From a virus, in the UHGV virus genome UHGV-2202118: a DNA stretch of 64,000 nt; one strand, 5' to 3'. A program made the position numbers and the translations under genes. The notes under the pieces are model-generated. The model did no database searches, was not told the origin of the DNA, and was given only the letters and a program-made list of their open reading frames with translations. This document shows positions 19,826 to 38,256 of this stretch, piece by piece. How positions within the stretch are numbered: the stretch's first letter is position 1; the number at the start of each line of letters is the position of its first letter.

Positions 19826-20032
19826 ATGGAAGTCCTAGTAAACTATATCTATCGTTATGATGTTGTTCACTCCACTACAACTGTAGCTCAACGTAATCCA
19901 ATAGTTCCACGAGAAGGTGAGATGGTTCGCATTGATGGTTGGACTTATACTGTGGAAAGCATCATACATAAGTTTGATGTTGCTGGCGATGTTCAAGTTA
20001 TCGACGTAGAGATTGGTGGTAAGAGAAAATGA
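19826..20032 (+). CDS. hypothetical protein
   Basis: Internal start MEVLVNY with GAGG RBS; about 68 aa. Confidence 0.35.
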   Translation: MEVLVNYIYRYDVVHSTTTVAQRNPIVPREGEMVRIDGWTYTVESIIHKFDVAGDVQVIDVEIGGKRK

Positions 20033-21129
20033 CAATTCTGTACAAACAAAATAAAGACGGCTCTTTTAACGTCTGGTCATGTGTTGCTGTAGGTGACAAA
20101 GTTATTACAACCTACGGTAAAGAGAATGGCAAGATGATGTTTGAAGAGTATACAGCAGAGCCTAAGAACATCGGTAAAAAGAATGAGCGTAACGCTGAAC
20201 AGCAAGCTCTCTTTGAAGTTGCTGCTAAGTATAAAAAGCAAGTTGACCGTAAAGGTTATGCTTATACAAAAGAATCTGCACAGAATACTGAGAAGGTAGG
20301 TGTACAGCTTGCTCATGATGCTGCAAAGGTTAGCCATGCAAAGTATCTGAAGTTCCCTGCTGATGCTCAACCAAAACTTGATGGTGTACGTTGTAGGATT
20401 TCAAGAGATGCTGATTCAGTTAGTTTCACAGCCTATTCTCGTGAGAATACTGTTTACAACGTTCCAACAGAACTAATCCCAGATTTGCTTTTGTTGCTTA
20501 AATTACATCCGCAAGTGGAAGACTTTGATGGAGAGATTTATGCTCATGGTTGGGACTTAGAAGATATTGTATCTATGATTAAGAATGCTGACAATCCAGA
20601 CCGTCACCTTCTTAAATTCTACTGGTATGATATCTGCGACAATTCAAAAACTTGGCCTGAGCGTCGTGAAGTTATTGATAATTCACCAATTGTTGAGCTT
20701 GGGGATACCTGTAGAGTTGTTCCTGTACAGACTATCCGTGTAAATTCTTGGGAAGAGTTTGATGAAGCCCATGATAAGTGGGTTGAAGCTAAGTTTGAAG
20801 GTGCAATGTACCGTTCAATCTCTGAAGAATCTTTCTACGAGTGTAGTCACCGTTCATACTTCTTGATTAAGCACAAGAAGATGCACACTGAAGAGTTTAA
20901 AGTTACTGGTGTCAAGACCGATAAACGTGGTCATGGTAAGTTCGTTGTAGAGACGCTTCCTAACGTCTTTGTAGATGTCTCATGGAAGACTACACACGAG
21001 AAGAAACAGTATCTTGCTGAACATCCTGAAGAGTTTATCGGGAAGCCTTTAACGGTTCAGTTTCAGAAGATGACTCGTAAGGGTTCTTTACAGTTCCCTG
21101 TCGGGTTAGTTATTAGGGATTATGAATAG
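20029..21129 (+). CDS. ATP-dependent DNA ligase
   Basis: 366 aa; nucleotidyltransferase motif I KLDGVRC; size close to T7-type ligases. Confidence 0.7.
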   Translation: MTILYKQNKDGSFNVWSCVAVGDKVITTYGKENGKMMFEEYTAEPKNIGKKNERNAEQQALFEVAAKYKKQVDRKGYAYTKESAQNTEKVGVQLAHDAAKVSHAKYLKFPADAQPKLDGVRCRISRDADSVSFTAYSRENTVYNVPTELIPDLLLLLKLHPQVEDFDGEIYAHGWDLEDIVSMIKNADNPDRHLLKFYWYDICDNSKTWPERREVIDNSPIVELGDTCRVVPVQTIRVNSWEEFDEAHDKWVEAKFEGAMYRSISEESFYECSHRSYFLIKHKKMHTEEFKVTGVKTDKRGHGKFVVETLPNVFVDVSWKTTHEKKQYLAEHPEEFIGKPLTVQFQKMTRKGSLQFPVGLVIRDYE

Positions 21130-21317
21130 TGAAAAGAGAGATTATCAAGTTTACCAATCCGGGTAGCTGTTGTCCGGTTCATGATAAGTATCCTAGTAAT
21201 ACTTACAAGAATAGGCGCTCTATCAAGAAGAGGTCACTCTTTATTAAGAAAGAGCACAGGCATGTGAGGCGGGTTGTTAAGCAAAATCTTCATAAAACTT
21301 TATTAGAAAGTTGTTGA
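21129..21317 (+). CDS. hypothetical basic protein
   Basis: 62-aa ORF, very K/R-rich; may not be translated. Confidence 0.2.
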   Translation: MKREIIKFTNPGSCCPVHDKYPSNTYKNRRSIKKRSLFIKKEHRHVRRVVKQNLHKTLLESC

Positions 21318-21420
21318 CATAGAAAATTTGGTGAGTATGCTGAGCAGCATAAACCAACGGGTACTCACCAGCATCACTTAAGAGTCTTTGAAAAGGGTTT
21401 TTAAGTGATGTGTAGCTCGG

Positions 21421-21625
21421 TCAGGTATGGTGCGGTGGTGTAAGGTGGTGTCAGGTGTAGTATGGTGCGGTGAGGTTCGGTATGGGTAGTTAGTCTCAGC
21501 TACATTAAAATGAGACTTACCTTTTTAAAAGGTCTTTAAACAGGGTGTTTTAATAAGGTGCTGTATGGTGGGGTAAGGTAGGGTTAGGCGAGGTCAGGTG
21601 AGGTTTGGTATGGAAGGATGGCAGT
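21421..21625. repeat. two blocks of degenerate GT-rich repeats (GGTG-type) in an intergenic region
   Basis: Blocks at 21421-21489 and 21560-21625 share words TATGGTGCGGTG, GTCAGGTG and GGTATGG; composition is atypical for this AT-rich genome. Confidence 0.6.
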
Positions 21626-21737
21626 AGCCTTATAAAAAATCTGCCAAATAAGCTATAAAATCTGTTGACAAGTCAGGTGTTATAGCTTATTTTTATACTC
21701 AATGTAATACAAAATTTAATATAACTTTGAGGTCATT

Positions 21738-22121
21738 ATGAAAAAGATTTTATTAGCTGCTGCAATGGTTATGGCAATGAATTTACCAGTCAATGCAACA
21801 GAACTCCCAAATGTGGACTTGTCAGGTGTTCCAGAAGATACTTGCCAGATTGTAAAAGGTGTTGCTCTAGCTAATGGTGAGCTACTGAAACCCATCTCTG
21901 AAGAGTCTTTGACAGAGATGACTGATAAGGTGACTGACTACCAGTATCGTGTTCTTGCAGAGTATTTCCTGCAATCTGCAAACATTAAAGAGAAACACCA
22001 TGACGATATTGATGTACAGGCGATGCTCAACCACCGTATCCAGTTTAAAGAAGATTTGATGCAAAAAGCTATGTATGGTGTGGAGTATTTCTTAGAAAAC
22101 AGAAGCTGCACAGGTATTTGA
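21738..22121 (+). CDS. secreted/periplasmic protein of unknown function
   Basis: 127 aa with N-terminal signal peptide MKKILLAAAMVMAMNLPVNA. Confidence 0.45.
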   Translation: MKKILLAAAMVMAMNLPVNATELPNVDLSGVPEDTCQIVKGVALANGELLKPISEESLTEMTDKVTDYQYRVLAEYFLQSANIKEKHHDDIDVQAMLNHRIQFKEDLMQKAMYGVEYFLENRSCTGI

Positions 22122-22122
22122 T

Positions 22123-22335
22123 ATGGCTCTTAAAAAGTTACATCCCAGAAGCGGTTATGGTAAGATAATTGACGATACAGACGGATTTACAGTCTTTACA
22201 GTTATCTGTCAAGATGATTCACAGATTGAAAAGGCTCTTGATGATTATCTTAATGATGAACGTGAAAAGGTTAGGGCTACAAACATAGATTCATTGATTG
22301 ACACTTCACGCAAACGGAAGAAGAAAGATGAATGA
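22123..22335 (+). CDS. hypothetical protein
   Basis: 70-aa ORF. Confidence 0.35.
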   Translation: MALKKLHPRSGYGKIIDDTDGFTVFTVICQDDSQIEKALDDYLNDEREKVRATNIDSLIDTSRKRKKKDE

Positions 22336-22627
22336 GGTTTTTGACCCTTATGCCCCACAAGATGATTGGGAGGCTGATAGAGAGGCTGAAATGGAGAGTT
22401 ATATTTGTCCAATGGATGTAGACGAAATGAGAGACTTCGTTGCACATCGTTTTAAGAGAGAGATTAAATCCAGAGGTCTTTCTCAAGAGCAAGTTGCTAA
22501 AATTTGTGGTATCTCTCAGGCTCGTGTATCCAACATAATCCACCTCACTGGTAATGTTTCCCTTGAGTATATGTTGGAAGTATGTGAAAAATTTGGTGTT
22601 AATTTCAATTTAAGGTTGGCAGACTAA
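22328..22627 (+). CDS. helix-turn-helix (XRE-like) transcriptional regulator
   Basis: HTH-like segment LSQEQVAKICGISQARVSNI; start taken at internal Met overlapping the upstream stop. Confidence 0.5.
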   Translation: MNEVFDPYAPQDDWEADREAEMESYICPMDVDEMRDFVAHRFKREIKSRGLSQEQVAKICGISQARVSNIIHLTGNVSLEYMLEVCEKFGVNFNLRLAD

Positions 22628-22628
22628 T

Positions 22629-22988
22629 ATGAAACGTGAAAACATTATCCACTCTGAAAACTTCGCATTAGGCTTTTATGGTGTACCTACTCACCTTGAA
22701 AAGTATTATGGTGTAAAGATTCTTTCCAATCTCATTATGGCTTACAAAGATGGTAAGATTAAGCATACTGAGAAGAAACGTGTCATGGGCTATATGGCTG
22801 TAGGTTCAGCAATCTCAAACATCAAGCTGGAAACCACTAGTAGCCAGATTGTGAAAGACCACTTCATCAAAGAGCTTTACCAGAATCTTGATGGTGTAGA
22901 TGTTCAGGCTGTTTGGTTGGATGTTGATGGTCATAACTACACAAGTTTCGTTTTCAAAAACGATGACATTAAGTGTTTGTTCCCATAA
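22629..22988 (+). CDS. hypothetical protein
   Basis: 119-aa ORF. Confidence 0.4.
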   Translation: MKRENIIHSENFALGFYGVPTHLEKYYGVKILSNLIMAYKDGKIKHTEKKRVMGYMAVGSAISNIKLETTSSQIVKDHFIKELYQNLDGVDVQAVWLDVDGHNYTSFVFKNDDIKCLFP

Positions 22989-23001
22989 TAGGTGATTAAC
23001 T

Positions 23002-23517
23002 ATGATTGATATCTACTTACAAGATGCTCATGCAGATTTCCTTAAAGAGATGCTTAAAAAGTTTATGGCTTCACAGTATGAGAATGAAGCATCTTTTAAA
23101 ATAGTTACATGTGGCGACGAAGCTGGTTTTGTTGAGATTGAACATGAAGGTACTGGAAAGAGTGTTTGTAAGTTACCTGATAGTATGTTCTCTAACACGT
23201 TCTTAACAAAGACTAGTATAAATGTTAAGCTTGTGCCTCAGATTGAAACATACTCTGGTACAGATTATCCTAAAGGTTTTAAGTCACTGATGAAGTACTT
23301 CTTAGATGACTTTGTGGGTAATCTTCTGAGGGAGGTAAAAGAAAGTCGTACAGTGTTAACTGTAGAGAACATGGGAGGAACTATCAAGGTCACTTCTGAC
23401 TGCTTTGTGATGAGCCTCTTCGACTTCGTTCCTAAGAACTTTGATGGTATTCTGGATGAAGAAGATGACTGTGTAGACTTTATATTGGTTCTTGAGCCAG
23501 TTTTTGAGGTTAAATAG
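23002..23517 (+). CDS. hypothetical protein
   Basis: 171-aa ORF. Confidence 0.4.
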   Translation: MIDIYLQDAHADFLKEMLKKFMASQYENEASFKIVTCGDEAGFVEIEHEGTGKSVCKLPDSMFSNTFLTKTSINVKLVPQIETYSGTDYPKGFKSLMKYFLDDFVGNLLREVKESRTVLTVENMGGTIKVTSDCFVMSLFDFVPKNFDGILDEEDDCVDFILVLEPVFEVK

Positions 23518-23778
23518 ATGAAAATTGAACACTGCTATGAGTCTGATGGAACACCTATCCGATGTCCACATTGTGGGTGTACAGACTTACAAGGCGAGGT
23601 AAGTGAAATAGTCAACGGTCATATTGCTGAAGAGAGTACAAGGTGTACAGGATGTAATGAAATCATTGCTTTCTGGGCTTATGGTTCATACCAACCTACA
23701 CCACACTTAATCTACCATAGCAATAAAGCTGTGAAGAATGTTATCAACTGGTTCATTAAGAAAGGATTTACAAAATGA
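23518..23778 (+). CDS. zinc-ribbon protein
   Basis: 86 aa with CPHCGC and CTGC cysteine pairs. Confidence 0.4.
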   Translation: MKIEHCYESDGTPIRCPHCGCTDLQGEVSEIVNGHIAEESTRCTGCNEIIAFWAYGSYQPTPHLIYHSNKAVKNVINWFIKKGFTK

Positions 23779-24320
23779 TTAAATTAATCTTTGCAAGTGG
23801 TGAAAATGGGGAGTTTGGTACTCCAACTGGTATGCCGTGGCCTCGACATAAACAGGACATGCAAGAGTTTAAGAGACTCACTAAAAATAACTTAGTAGTC
23901 ATGGGTAATGAGACTTTTAAGACTCTGGGTAGTAAACCTCTACCAGAACGTGCAAACCTCATCTTAACAAATTCTGTACCATACTTAGGTATAGACTTTG
24001 GCAAAGATGATGTAATGTATGCTAAAGCCAGTAAAGAGTCATTTGGAGCATTTTTGAACTATCTTGATAGCTCTATTGATGAAGATGTCTTTGTAATTGG
24101 TGGTGCAGGTGTCCTTGTCAATGCTTTACCGTATGCTGGTGTAGTTTTCCATACAGTTTTCCATAAAGTTACTGAAGAGGCCACTGTGCATTTACCTTTT
24201 GAAAACTTCTTTGAGAAGCTGTATGATAACCGTGTATTTACAAAGGTACAGTCAAAACCATCAGAGGATGGTAAAGCAACTTTTGAAATTTATGTTCCAC
24301 AAGTGAAAGGACACTTTTGA
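23775..24320 (+). CDS. frd: dihydrofolate reductase
   Basis: 181 aa; MIKLIFASGENGEFG...MPWP...LVVMGNETF matches the DHFR N-terminal signature. Confidence 0.8.
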   Translation: MIKLIFASGENGEFGTPTGMPWPRHKQDMQEFKRLTKNNLVVMGNETFKTLGSKPLPERANLILTNSVPYLGIDFGKDDVMYAKASKESFGAFLNYLDSSIDEDVFVIGGAGVLVNALPYAGVVFHTVFHKVTEEATVHLPFENFFEKLYDNRVFTKVQSKPSEDGKATFEIYVPQVKGHF

Positions 24321-24321
24321 T

Positions 24322-25221
24322 ATGTCACAAGCAGATACAAGTTACAAAAATATCCTGAACCATGTTTTATCCGTTGGTGAACTGCGTACTACACGAACTG
24401 GAGATGTTATATCTGCATTTGCTCCACCTCAGTTTCGTTTTGATATGCGAACTGGTTTCCCGCTCTTAACATCTAAACAGGTGTTTACACGGCAAGTTAT
24501 TGGGGAAGCTTTATGGTTCCTGAATGGCGAGAATAAGCTTGGTGAACTTCGTTACCGTACTTGGGGTGAAAATGACGGAGAACGCTGGACTATCTGGTCA
24601 GATGATTTTAAACGCTGGTTAAGCTCTAATTATTCTTCTGAACAAGATTGGTTAGAGGATGCAGGTGGAAGAATCTATGGGGTTCAGTGGAGAAACTTTG
24701 AAGGTCATAATGGCTGTGTTGTAGACCAACTAGAGACCTTAGTAACGAAGATGAAGGGTGATATCACAGACCGTTACATGCTTGTTAATGCTTGGAATGC
24801 AGCAGATATTGCAGCAAACTCAATGGCTTTAGCACCTTGTCATGTTCTGTTTCAGATTTATATCACTAACGAGGGTGAAGTTGACTTACAATGGTATCAG
24901 CGTTCAGTAGACACCTTTTTAGGACTCCCGTTTAATATTGCATCTTATGGTTTTATTCTGGAAGTTCTTTGTAAGATGACTGGATACACTCCACGGTACT
25001 TGATAGGTGTCTTTGGAGATACTCAGATTTATCAGAACCACATGAAACAGGTTTATGAACTACTGAACAATGAAGAGTTCCATGCACCAACTTTTGAGAT
25101 TGGTCTACCACTTAATACTTTAAGTGACCTGAAACATCTTACTGCAAGTGATTTTATTGGTGGCATTAACAACTACCAACATGCAGGAAAGATTGAAGCA
25201 CCTCTGTCAGTAGGCAAGTAA
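24322..25221 (+). CDS. td: thymidylate synthase
   Basis: 299 aa; signature FQIYITNEGEVDLQWYQRSVDTFLGLPFNIASY. Confidence 0.85.
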   Translation: MSQADTSYKNILNHVLSVGELRTTRTGDVISAFAPPQFRFDMRTGFPLLTSKQVFTRQVIGEALWFLNGENKLGELRYRTWGENDGERWTIWSDDFKRWLSSNYSSEQDWLEDAGGRIYGVQWRNFEGHNGCVVDQLETLVTKMKGDITDRYMLVNAWNAADIAANSMALAPCHVLFQIYITNEGEVDLQWYQRSVDTFLGLPFNIASYGFILEVLCKMTGYTPRYLIGVFGDTQIYQNHMKQVYELLNNEEFHAPTFEIGLPLNTLSDLKHLTASDFIGGINNYQHAGKIEAPLSVGK

Positions 25222-25230
25222 AAACAAAAA

Positions 25231-25252
25231 AGGCTCCCGTAAAAAGGAGCCT
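25231..25252. terminator. bidirectional hairpin between convergent genes
   Basis: AGGCTCC-CGTAAAAA-GGAGCCT flanked by A/T runs, between td (plus) and the 25259-25630 gene (minus). Confidence 0.55.
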
Positions 25253-25258
25253 TAAACT

Positions 25259-25630
25259 TTATTTTTCAGTATTCTTTGTGTTCTTTTCAGTAATAGCTTG
25301 GAGGGCTGATACTGATTGAGCCAGATTATTCACACTGTCAGAGAATTTATCAAGAGTTTTGGTAAGTTTTGCGTTTTCACCCTTAACATTCTCTAACTGA
25401 ACTTTCTGGTTCTCCATCCCTAGCTGAATCAGTCTCATGTCAGACTGTAAATCACGAATAGCTGAATAGTTACTTTTGGAATAATTATCTAGCTGCTGTA
25501 ACTTTGTTGTGACAGACACTTCTTGTTTACCACTTGAAACTTGCATCGTGGTAAACATCCCAATAACACTAAAAATACCAACTACAATTGCACCAATATT
25601 ATTTTTAAAAGCTTCCTCTAGCCACTTCAT
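25259..25630 (-). CDS. membrane-anchored coiled-coil protein (spanin-like lysis candidate)
   Basis: 123 aa; N-terminal TM segment IGAIVVGIFSVIGMF followed by coiled coil. Confidence 0.35.
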   Translation of the reverse strand: MKWLEEAFKNNIGAIVVGIFSVIGMFTTMQVSSGKQEVSVTTKLQQLDNYSKSNYSAIRDLQSDMRLIQLGMENQKVQLENVKGENAKLTKTLDKFSDSVNNLAQSVSALQAITEKNTKNTEK

Positions 25631-25824
25631 TTATTCTCCCCCTTAAAAGCTTTTTCTAAGTTATCTACGAACTCATCATCAATAGGTGTGTCTGTTTTAC
25701 TCGCAAGGTATCTTGCAAGCCTAAAGAACACTTTCTCAATCATGTATTCACTTAGAAGGGATAAAATGAGTTTCCAGAAGAAGCTACCTAGATTTTTTAG
25801 AAGAATTGCTAGGATTGTAGGCAT
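25627..25824 (-). CDS. small hydrophobic protein (holin-like candidate)
   Basis: 65 aa with hydrophobic N-terminal half; located at the end of the structural module. Confidence 0.3.
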   Translation of the reverse strand: MPTILAILLKNLGSFFWKLILSLLSEYMIEKVFFRLARYLASKTDTPIDDEFVDNLEKAFKGENK

Positions 25825-25902
25825 TTAATCACCTCATCAGCCAAGATGGTGAGAATACCCATAAAGAATATTAACACCATCTTAACAATCAGTCAACAAG
25901 GA

Positions 25903-28290
25903 TTAAGCAGTTCTCACCCAAGCCATCAACTTGTAGAACTGGTTAGTGACACTAAATGCTGAACCAGAACCTGTACCACCAGTGTTACCCCTAACTGTAT
26001 GGGTGTGAGCACCAATACCTACAGAGTGGGTGTGAGCACCAGTGTTACTTGTAGTACCAGACCATGTGTGTGTATGGTTACCAGTTGTGTTAGTGTTAGG
26101 GAACTTGTTATCAGTTCTGTCAAGCCAGTCAAGAGTTCTCGTCTTGTTATTGCTAACAGTTGTATAACCGTACTGAGCATCACCACCATTAACCAATAGC
26201 AGACCTAAGTGGTGAGCGTGTTTACCAGCAGCACTTGTTGTGCCACTTACAGAGTGAGTATGACCACCAGTGCTATTAGTGTTCTTCGTACCATAATCAA
26301 AAGATGAAGTGGTAGCAGAGAAACTATGGGTGTGTGATGGTAAGTTGCCAACAGATAACGTTACAGAATCTGAACCACCAGTTGTAGCAACATCTGAACC
26401 GTTTGCTGCTGCAATTCTGATAGTTCTACCAACACCATTGTTCAGGTACGTCCAAGTTAGACCAGGAAGTGCTGTATTAGGGTCAACATTGCTGTTAAAC
26501 CATGTCACAATACCTACTGGATAGATTTTATTAAGGTCTGTAGAGTCACTTACTGCCTGTGCAATCTTCTGGTCAGTTTCAGCTTTAGTATATGCACCAA
26601 TACCTGAAGGGGTTGGTTTAAATGCCGTTGAATACAACTGTGCCTCTCCAACATATGCTCCATCTGACCCATAAGCGTATGTGAAGACATCAAGACCTTT
26701 AGACCCATATGTAAAAGCAATACCTCTGGCATGAGCAATACCAGCAGAATGTGCTACATGGATGGCTAAATCTTTCAGACCCTGCTCAATAGCGTTGTTT
26801 CTTACAAACCCTGAACAATCTTTGTTGAATGATGATGGGTCATCCAGTCTATTAGCTGTCCTTGTCATTAAAGATTGGTTTAACAGTTTTGTTTTTAAGA
26901 AATATCTAGCATCTAAGTTAGAGAAATCTGAAGGTTGAACTTGACCAGTAATTCTGACAGTTTTATCCAACAAGAAATCGTCTTGCATATAAAGCGTAGT
27001 TGCAGTTCTGTCGTTGCGGATAGTAAATCTTGTTGGGTTGGATGGTTCCCCATTACCGATGTACCACCTTCTAACACCATCAGCATTATGGCCAGCAAAG
27101 TAAAGCTCTCTGTCTTGTGTAGTGTTCTTTAGCTGTAACAATGAGCCATTCAGATTGATAACCTGTGTAGACCTGAAAGTGTTTGCATCACTCAGCTTGG
27201 CAAGATTACTCAAAGTTCCTGCCGGAATATATCTAGAGTCAATGTTAGTCCAATCAGAAGGTTGAACTTGACCAACGACTTTAAGTTGCTTATTAACCTC
27301 AACATAACCATTGTCGAGTCTAAGATTAGAACCATACGTATAGTTGTGGATTAATACAGCAGGTGTATTATCACCATTACCTACATACCACTTACCAGAG
27401 CCATCATTAGCTTCGGCTTTAATGTACAGTGCACCATTAGCTACAGTGTTTTTTAACCTTAAGGCTGCACTATTCGTCTTAATTGATAGGATTTGATTAA
27501 ATGTATTCACGCCTCTAAAGGTATTATTACCAGCTAACTGTGCAAACCTCTGATTAGCTGCTGTCTGAGTAAAATACCTAGCATCTAAGTTAGTCCAATC
27601 AGAAGGTTGAACTTGCCCAGTGATTTGGATTGATTTGTTCACGGAGATTAGGTTAGCTAAAATAGCTACATATGCACCAGATTTAACGTTTTTTAAAACA
27701 AGATTGTCTGTACCCTTGTTATCATTACCTAGATACCACCTGTTAGTACCATCTGCATCTTGACCACGAATATAGAGTGGCATCCCTTGTGTAATATTCT
27801 TAGCAATAAGAGCTTCATTGTCAGAGAGAATAGCTTGAGTGCCTCTAAAGGTGTTATTTACAGCCAACCTTGCATATCTTGCATCATTCTCTTCATTAGT
27901 TCTCATCCCAAGCTCATTAGGGCTTGGCTTATTCAGAGTATGATAAACAGTTGCCGACCTTGAAGCATCTGCAATAGTTAATCTAAGGCCGTTTGCGTTG
28001 ATTTTAAAAGTCTTTAAAACATCCCCAATAGTAATCTCAGAAGAGCCTGTTGGGTTAAATACTACCTTACCACCATAAAGTAACTTAACAATTCCTAAGT
28101 CACCCGTCATAGTGCTACCAGCAATCTGAACAAACCTTTCAAGTTTAAAAGATGCTAAGAAGTCTTGATAGGTCATTCGACGGTCTTCATCACCCAGCAT
28201 TTCAGGTCTCTTTTTAACTCTGACATGAAGAAGGTCATCTGAACGGATTGTATTGATTGAGTTTAATTCACTCAACTTGTAATCTGCCAT
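25903..28290 (-). CDS. tail fiber protein with HxH repeats
   Basis: 795 aa; C-terminal His-x-His repeats ([36 protein letters not shown]) resembling T4 gp37-type tip repeats. Confidence 0.65.
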   Translation of the reverse strand: MADYKLSELNSINTIRSDDLLHVRVKKRPEMLGDEDRRMTYQDFLASFKLERFVQIAGSTMTGDLGIVKLLYGGKVVFNPTGSSEITIGDVLKTFKINANGLRLTIADASRSATVYHTLNKPSPNELGMRTNEENDARYARLAVNNTFRGTQAILSDNEALIAKNITQGMPLYIRGQDADGTNRWYLGNDNKGTDNLVLKNVKSGAYVAILANLISVNKSIQITGQVQPSDWTNLDARYFTQTAANQRFAQLAGNNTFRGVNTFNQILSIKTNSAALRLKNTVANGALYIKAEANDGSGKWYVGNGDNTPAVLIHNYTYGSNLRLDNGYVEVNKQLKVVGQVQPSDWTNIDSRYIPAGTLSNLAKLSDANTFRSTQVINLNGSLLQLKNTTQDRELYFAGHNADGVRRWYIGNGEPSNPTRFTIRNDRTATTLYMQDDFLLDKTVRITGQVQPSDFSNLDARYFLKTKLLNQSLMTRTANRLDDPSSFNKDCSGFVRNNAIEQGLKDLAIHVAHSAGIAHARGIAFTYGSKGLDVFTYAYGSDGAYVGEAQLYSTAFKPTPSGIGAYTKAETDQKIAQAVSDSTDLNKIYPVGIVTWFNSNVDPNTALPGLTWTYLNNGVGRTIRIAAANGSDVATTGGSDSVTLSVGNLPSHTHSFSATTSSFDYGTKNTNSTGGHTHSVSGTTSAAGKHAHHLGLLLVNGGDAQYGYTTVSNNKTRTLDWLDRTDNKFPNTNTTGNHTHTWSGTTSNTGAHTHSVGIGAHTHTVRGNTGGTGSGSAFSVTNQFYKLMAWVRTA

Positions 28291-28336
28291 TATAAATTTT
28301 CCTCTTAAAAGGGGCTATCAAGCCCCTGTAAAGAAA

Positions 28337-29524
28337 TTAAGCTGTTCTCTGCCATACATACAGTACGAAGGATGGCTGCTCAATGTTAAAAGCTTGTCCA
28401 CCACCAATACTGTTAGTGTTCCCGCTATGCGTATGCTCAGAAGAAGAAACTGTTACAGTACCATTGTGTGTATGTGAACCAATACCAACCGTGTGGCTGT
28501 GAGCACCAATACCAACCGTGTGGCTGTGGTTACCAGTCGTGTTAGTGGTAACACTGAAAGAGTGAGTGTGTGAACCAGCGACTTCACAGACAGCATCTGC
28601 TGAGTACCATGATTGGTCATTCCTTGTAGACCAAACCATTGCAGGTCTTTCCGATAAACCACCACCTGCTTCATAGGTCAATCTATGGTTGTGAGCACCA
28701 GCCGCATTTGTTGACCCACTGCCCACATGGTTGTGGTTACCAGTCGTGTTAGTGGTCTTTGTTCCATAGTCAAAAGAGTTGGTAGTCTTAGTTCCATAAT
28801 CAAAAGCTGAAATTGACACCGTTGCATTATGGGTGTGACCACCACCACTAAGAGACACAGAGTGTGAGTGTTGTGGCATGTTATTAACTGACAAAGTGAC
28901 AGTTGAAGCACCAAATACAGAGCCTGTTGGTCTTGTATCAGAGTCATAACCAACCAATGCTCTACCTTTTGAAACTAACTCCCAAGTTCCTCCACAAATT
29001 AAATATGTAGAAGGGTTTGCAGAGTTCATGGAAAGATGGATAGTACCTACTGGATAGGAAGCCTGAACAGCCTTGTACAAGTTATTTACTGCTCTTGCTG
29101 TAGCATACTTATCTGCATCTTCGTTATAAAGGTTAGATGTTGTCCAGTTCTGAACATTACTCAATCCTACCTGTACCTTAGTTGTATTATGTGGGTTGCT
29201 CTTGTCCTGAATATGCTGTTGAACAAGATTATTAACCTCTTCTGAAGACATAATCTGTAGATTTGCTCTTGCCTGAGCTACATTAGTAACGTCTGATAAG
29301 TTATTTGCAGCAACTAACTGAAGAGCATTGATAACGTTATCTAAACCAATTTGTGTTTTAGTAACACCATGAGGGTTATTTCTTAGGCTTGAGTGTGGAG
29401 CAAGTAATTGCTCAAGAGTACATCTCTTATCCTCAATACCCTGCTTAAGATGGAAGATATCACTAAGGTCAATTGGTAAGGCTGCTTGAGGCAAGGCACT
29501 AATTTGAATTTCACCTACCGCCAT
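28337..29524 (-). CDS. tail fiber protein (paralog) with HxH repeats
   Basis: 395 aa; HSHSVS, GNHNHVGSG, GSHTHSFS, GAHSHTVGIGSHTHNG; C-terminus YVWQRTA similar to MAWVRTA of the 25903-28290 protein. Confidence 0.65.
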   Translation of the reverse strand: MAVGEIQISALPQAALPIDLSDIFHLKQGIEDKRCTLEQLLAPHSSLRNNPHGVTKTQIGLDNVINALQLVAANNLSDVTNVAQARANLQIMSSEEVNNLVQQHIQDKSNPHNTTKVQVGLSNVQNWTTSNLYNEDADKYATARAVNNLYKAVQASYPVGTIHLSMNSANPSTYLICGGTWELVSKGRALVGYDSDTRPTGSVFGASTVTLSVNNMPQHSHSVSLSGGGHTHNATVSISAFDYGTKTTNSFDYGTKTTNTTGNHNHVGSGSTNAAGAHNHRLTYEAGGGLSERPAMVWSTRNDQSWYSADAVCEVAGSHTHSFSVTTNTTGNHSHTVGIGAHSHTVGIGSHTHNGTVTVSSSEHTHSGNTNSIGGGQAFNIEQPSFVLYVWQRTA

Positions 29525-29526
29525 TA

Positions 29527-37542
<8,016 letters not shown>

Positions 37543-37543
<1 letters not shown>

Positions 37544-37782
37544 TACATTTTTCCTGCTCTTCTAAGTTCGTTGTAAGCAATTTCCTCTTTATACGACCTC
37601 TGAATTTCAAGAAATTGTCTCAATGATAATAAATCAGAGAATGTCATAGCAAAGAGTTGGTCAAGTGTTTCTTTACACCCTTCCATACCATAAATAGCAA
37701 GCACAAATTTCATCTCGTCTGCTTCTTCATAGGTTGCCTCTACAGCAGCATCAGTCAGTGGTGTCTGTAGAGTGTTACCCAT
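37543..37782 (-). CDS. tail assembly chaperone, frameshift extension ORF
   Basis: 79-aa ORF in -1 frame relative to the upstream chaperone; becomes in-frame after slippage at TTTTTTC. Confidence 0.55.
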
Positions 37783-37784
37783 GT

Positions 37785-38183
37785 TTACTGAGAAGTTAGG
37801 CTTTTGAAAATGCTTGCTTCGAAAAAACTTCCGAAGTTTGCCTCCAGCGCAAATGCTAAGTAATCAATAAATTCACCATAGTTTGCTTGGAAGTATGTAT
37901 CAATATTAAGTGGGAAGTCATCAACAGTTGCTCCTTGAAATAACAGGGTAGCCATTTCTTCAAGGTTAATTTCTTCAATTCTGTCAAAACAAGCTTCAAC
38001 AAGTTCTTTAAATGGAACCATTGGAGCTTCTTTCTTACCCTTGTCAGTCAGACTTGACAGCATCTGTGCAAAAGTTGGAACAACAATTTTACCCAACTTC
38101 ATAGACATCTTAATACCATCTCTTGCCCCAAGCAGAACGATATTTACTTTCTTACCATTAATTACTCTAGATTCTGTTTTCAT
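37785..38183 (-). CDS. tail assembly chaperone
   Basis: 132-aa ORF between tail tube and tape measure; contains slippery heptamer 13 codons before its stop. Confidence 0.6.
   Translation of the reverse strand: MKTESRVINGKKVNIVLLGARDGIKMSMKLGKIVVPTFAQMLSSLTDKGKKEAPMVPFKELVEACFDRIEEINLEEMATLLFQGATVDDFPLNIDTYFQANYGEFIDYLAFALEANFGSFFEASIFKSLTSQ
37821..37827 (-). other. programmed -1 ribosomal frameshift slippery site T_TTT_TTC
   Basis: Minus-strand codons AGT TTT TTC; the -1 frame from here is open (F F R S K H F Q K P N F S V N) and runs into the MGNTLQ ORF. Confidence 0.6.
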
Positions 38184-38256
38184 TGTGATTCCTTAATACT
38201 TTTAAAAGAAACAAAAAAGGGGAAGACCTTTTAAAGTCTCCCCCTTATAGGATTTA

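Noticed and set aside
38184-38256. Terminator between tail tube and chaperone genes
   Set aside because: An imperfect hairpin followed by a T-run on the minus strand is visible, but the stem has mismatches and full termination here would cut off chaperone and tape-measure expression; at most an attenuator.
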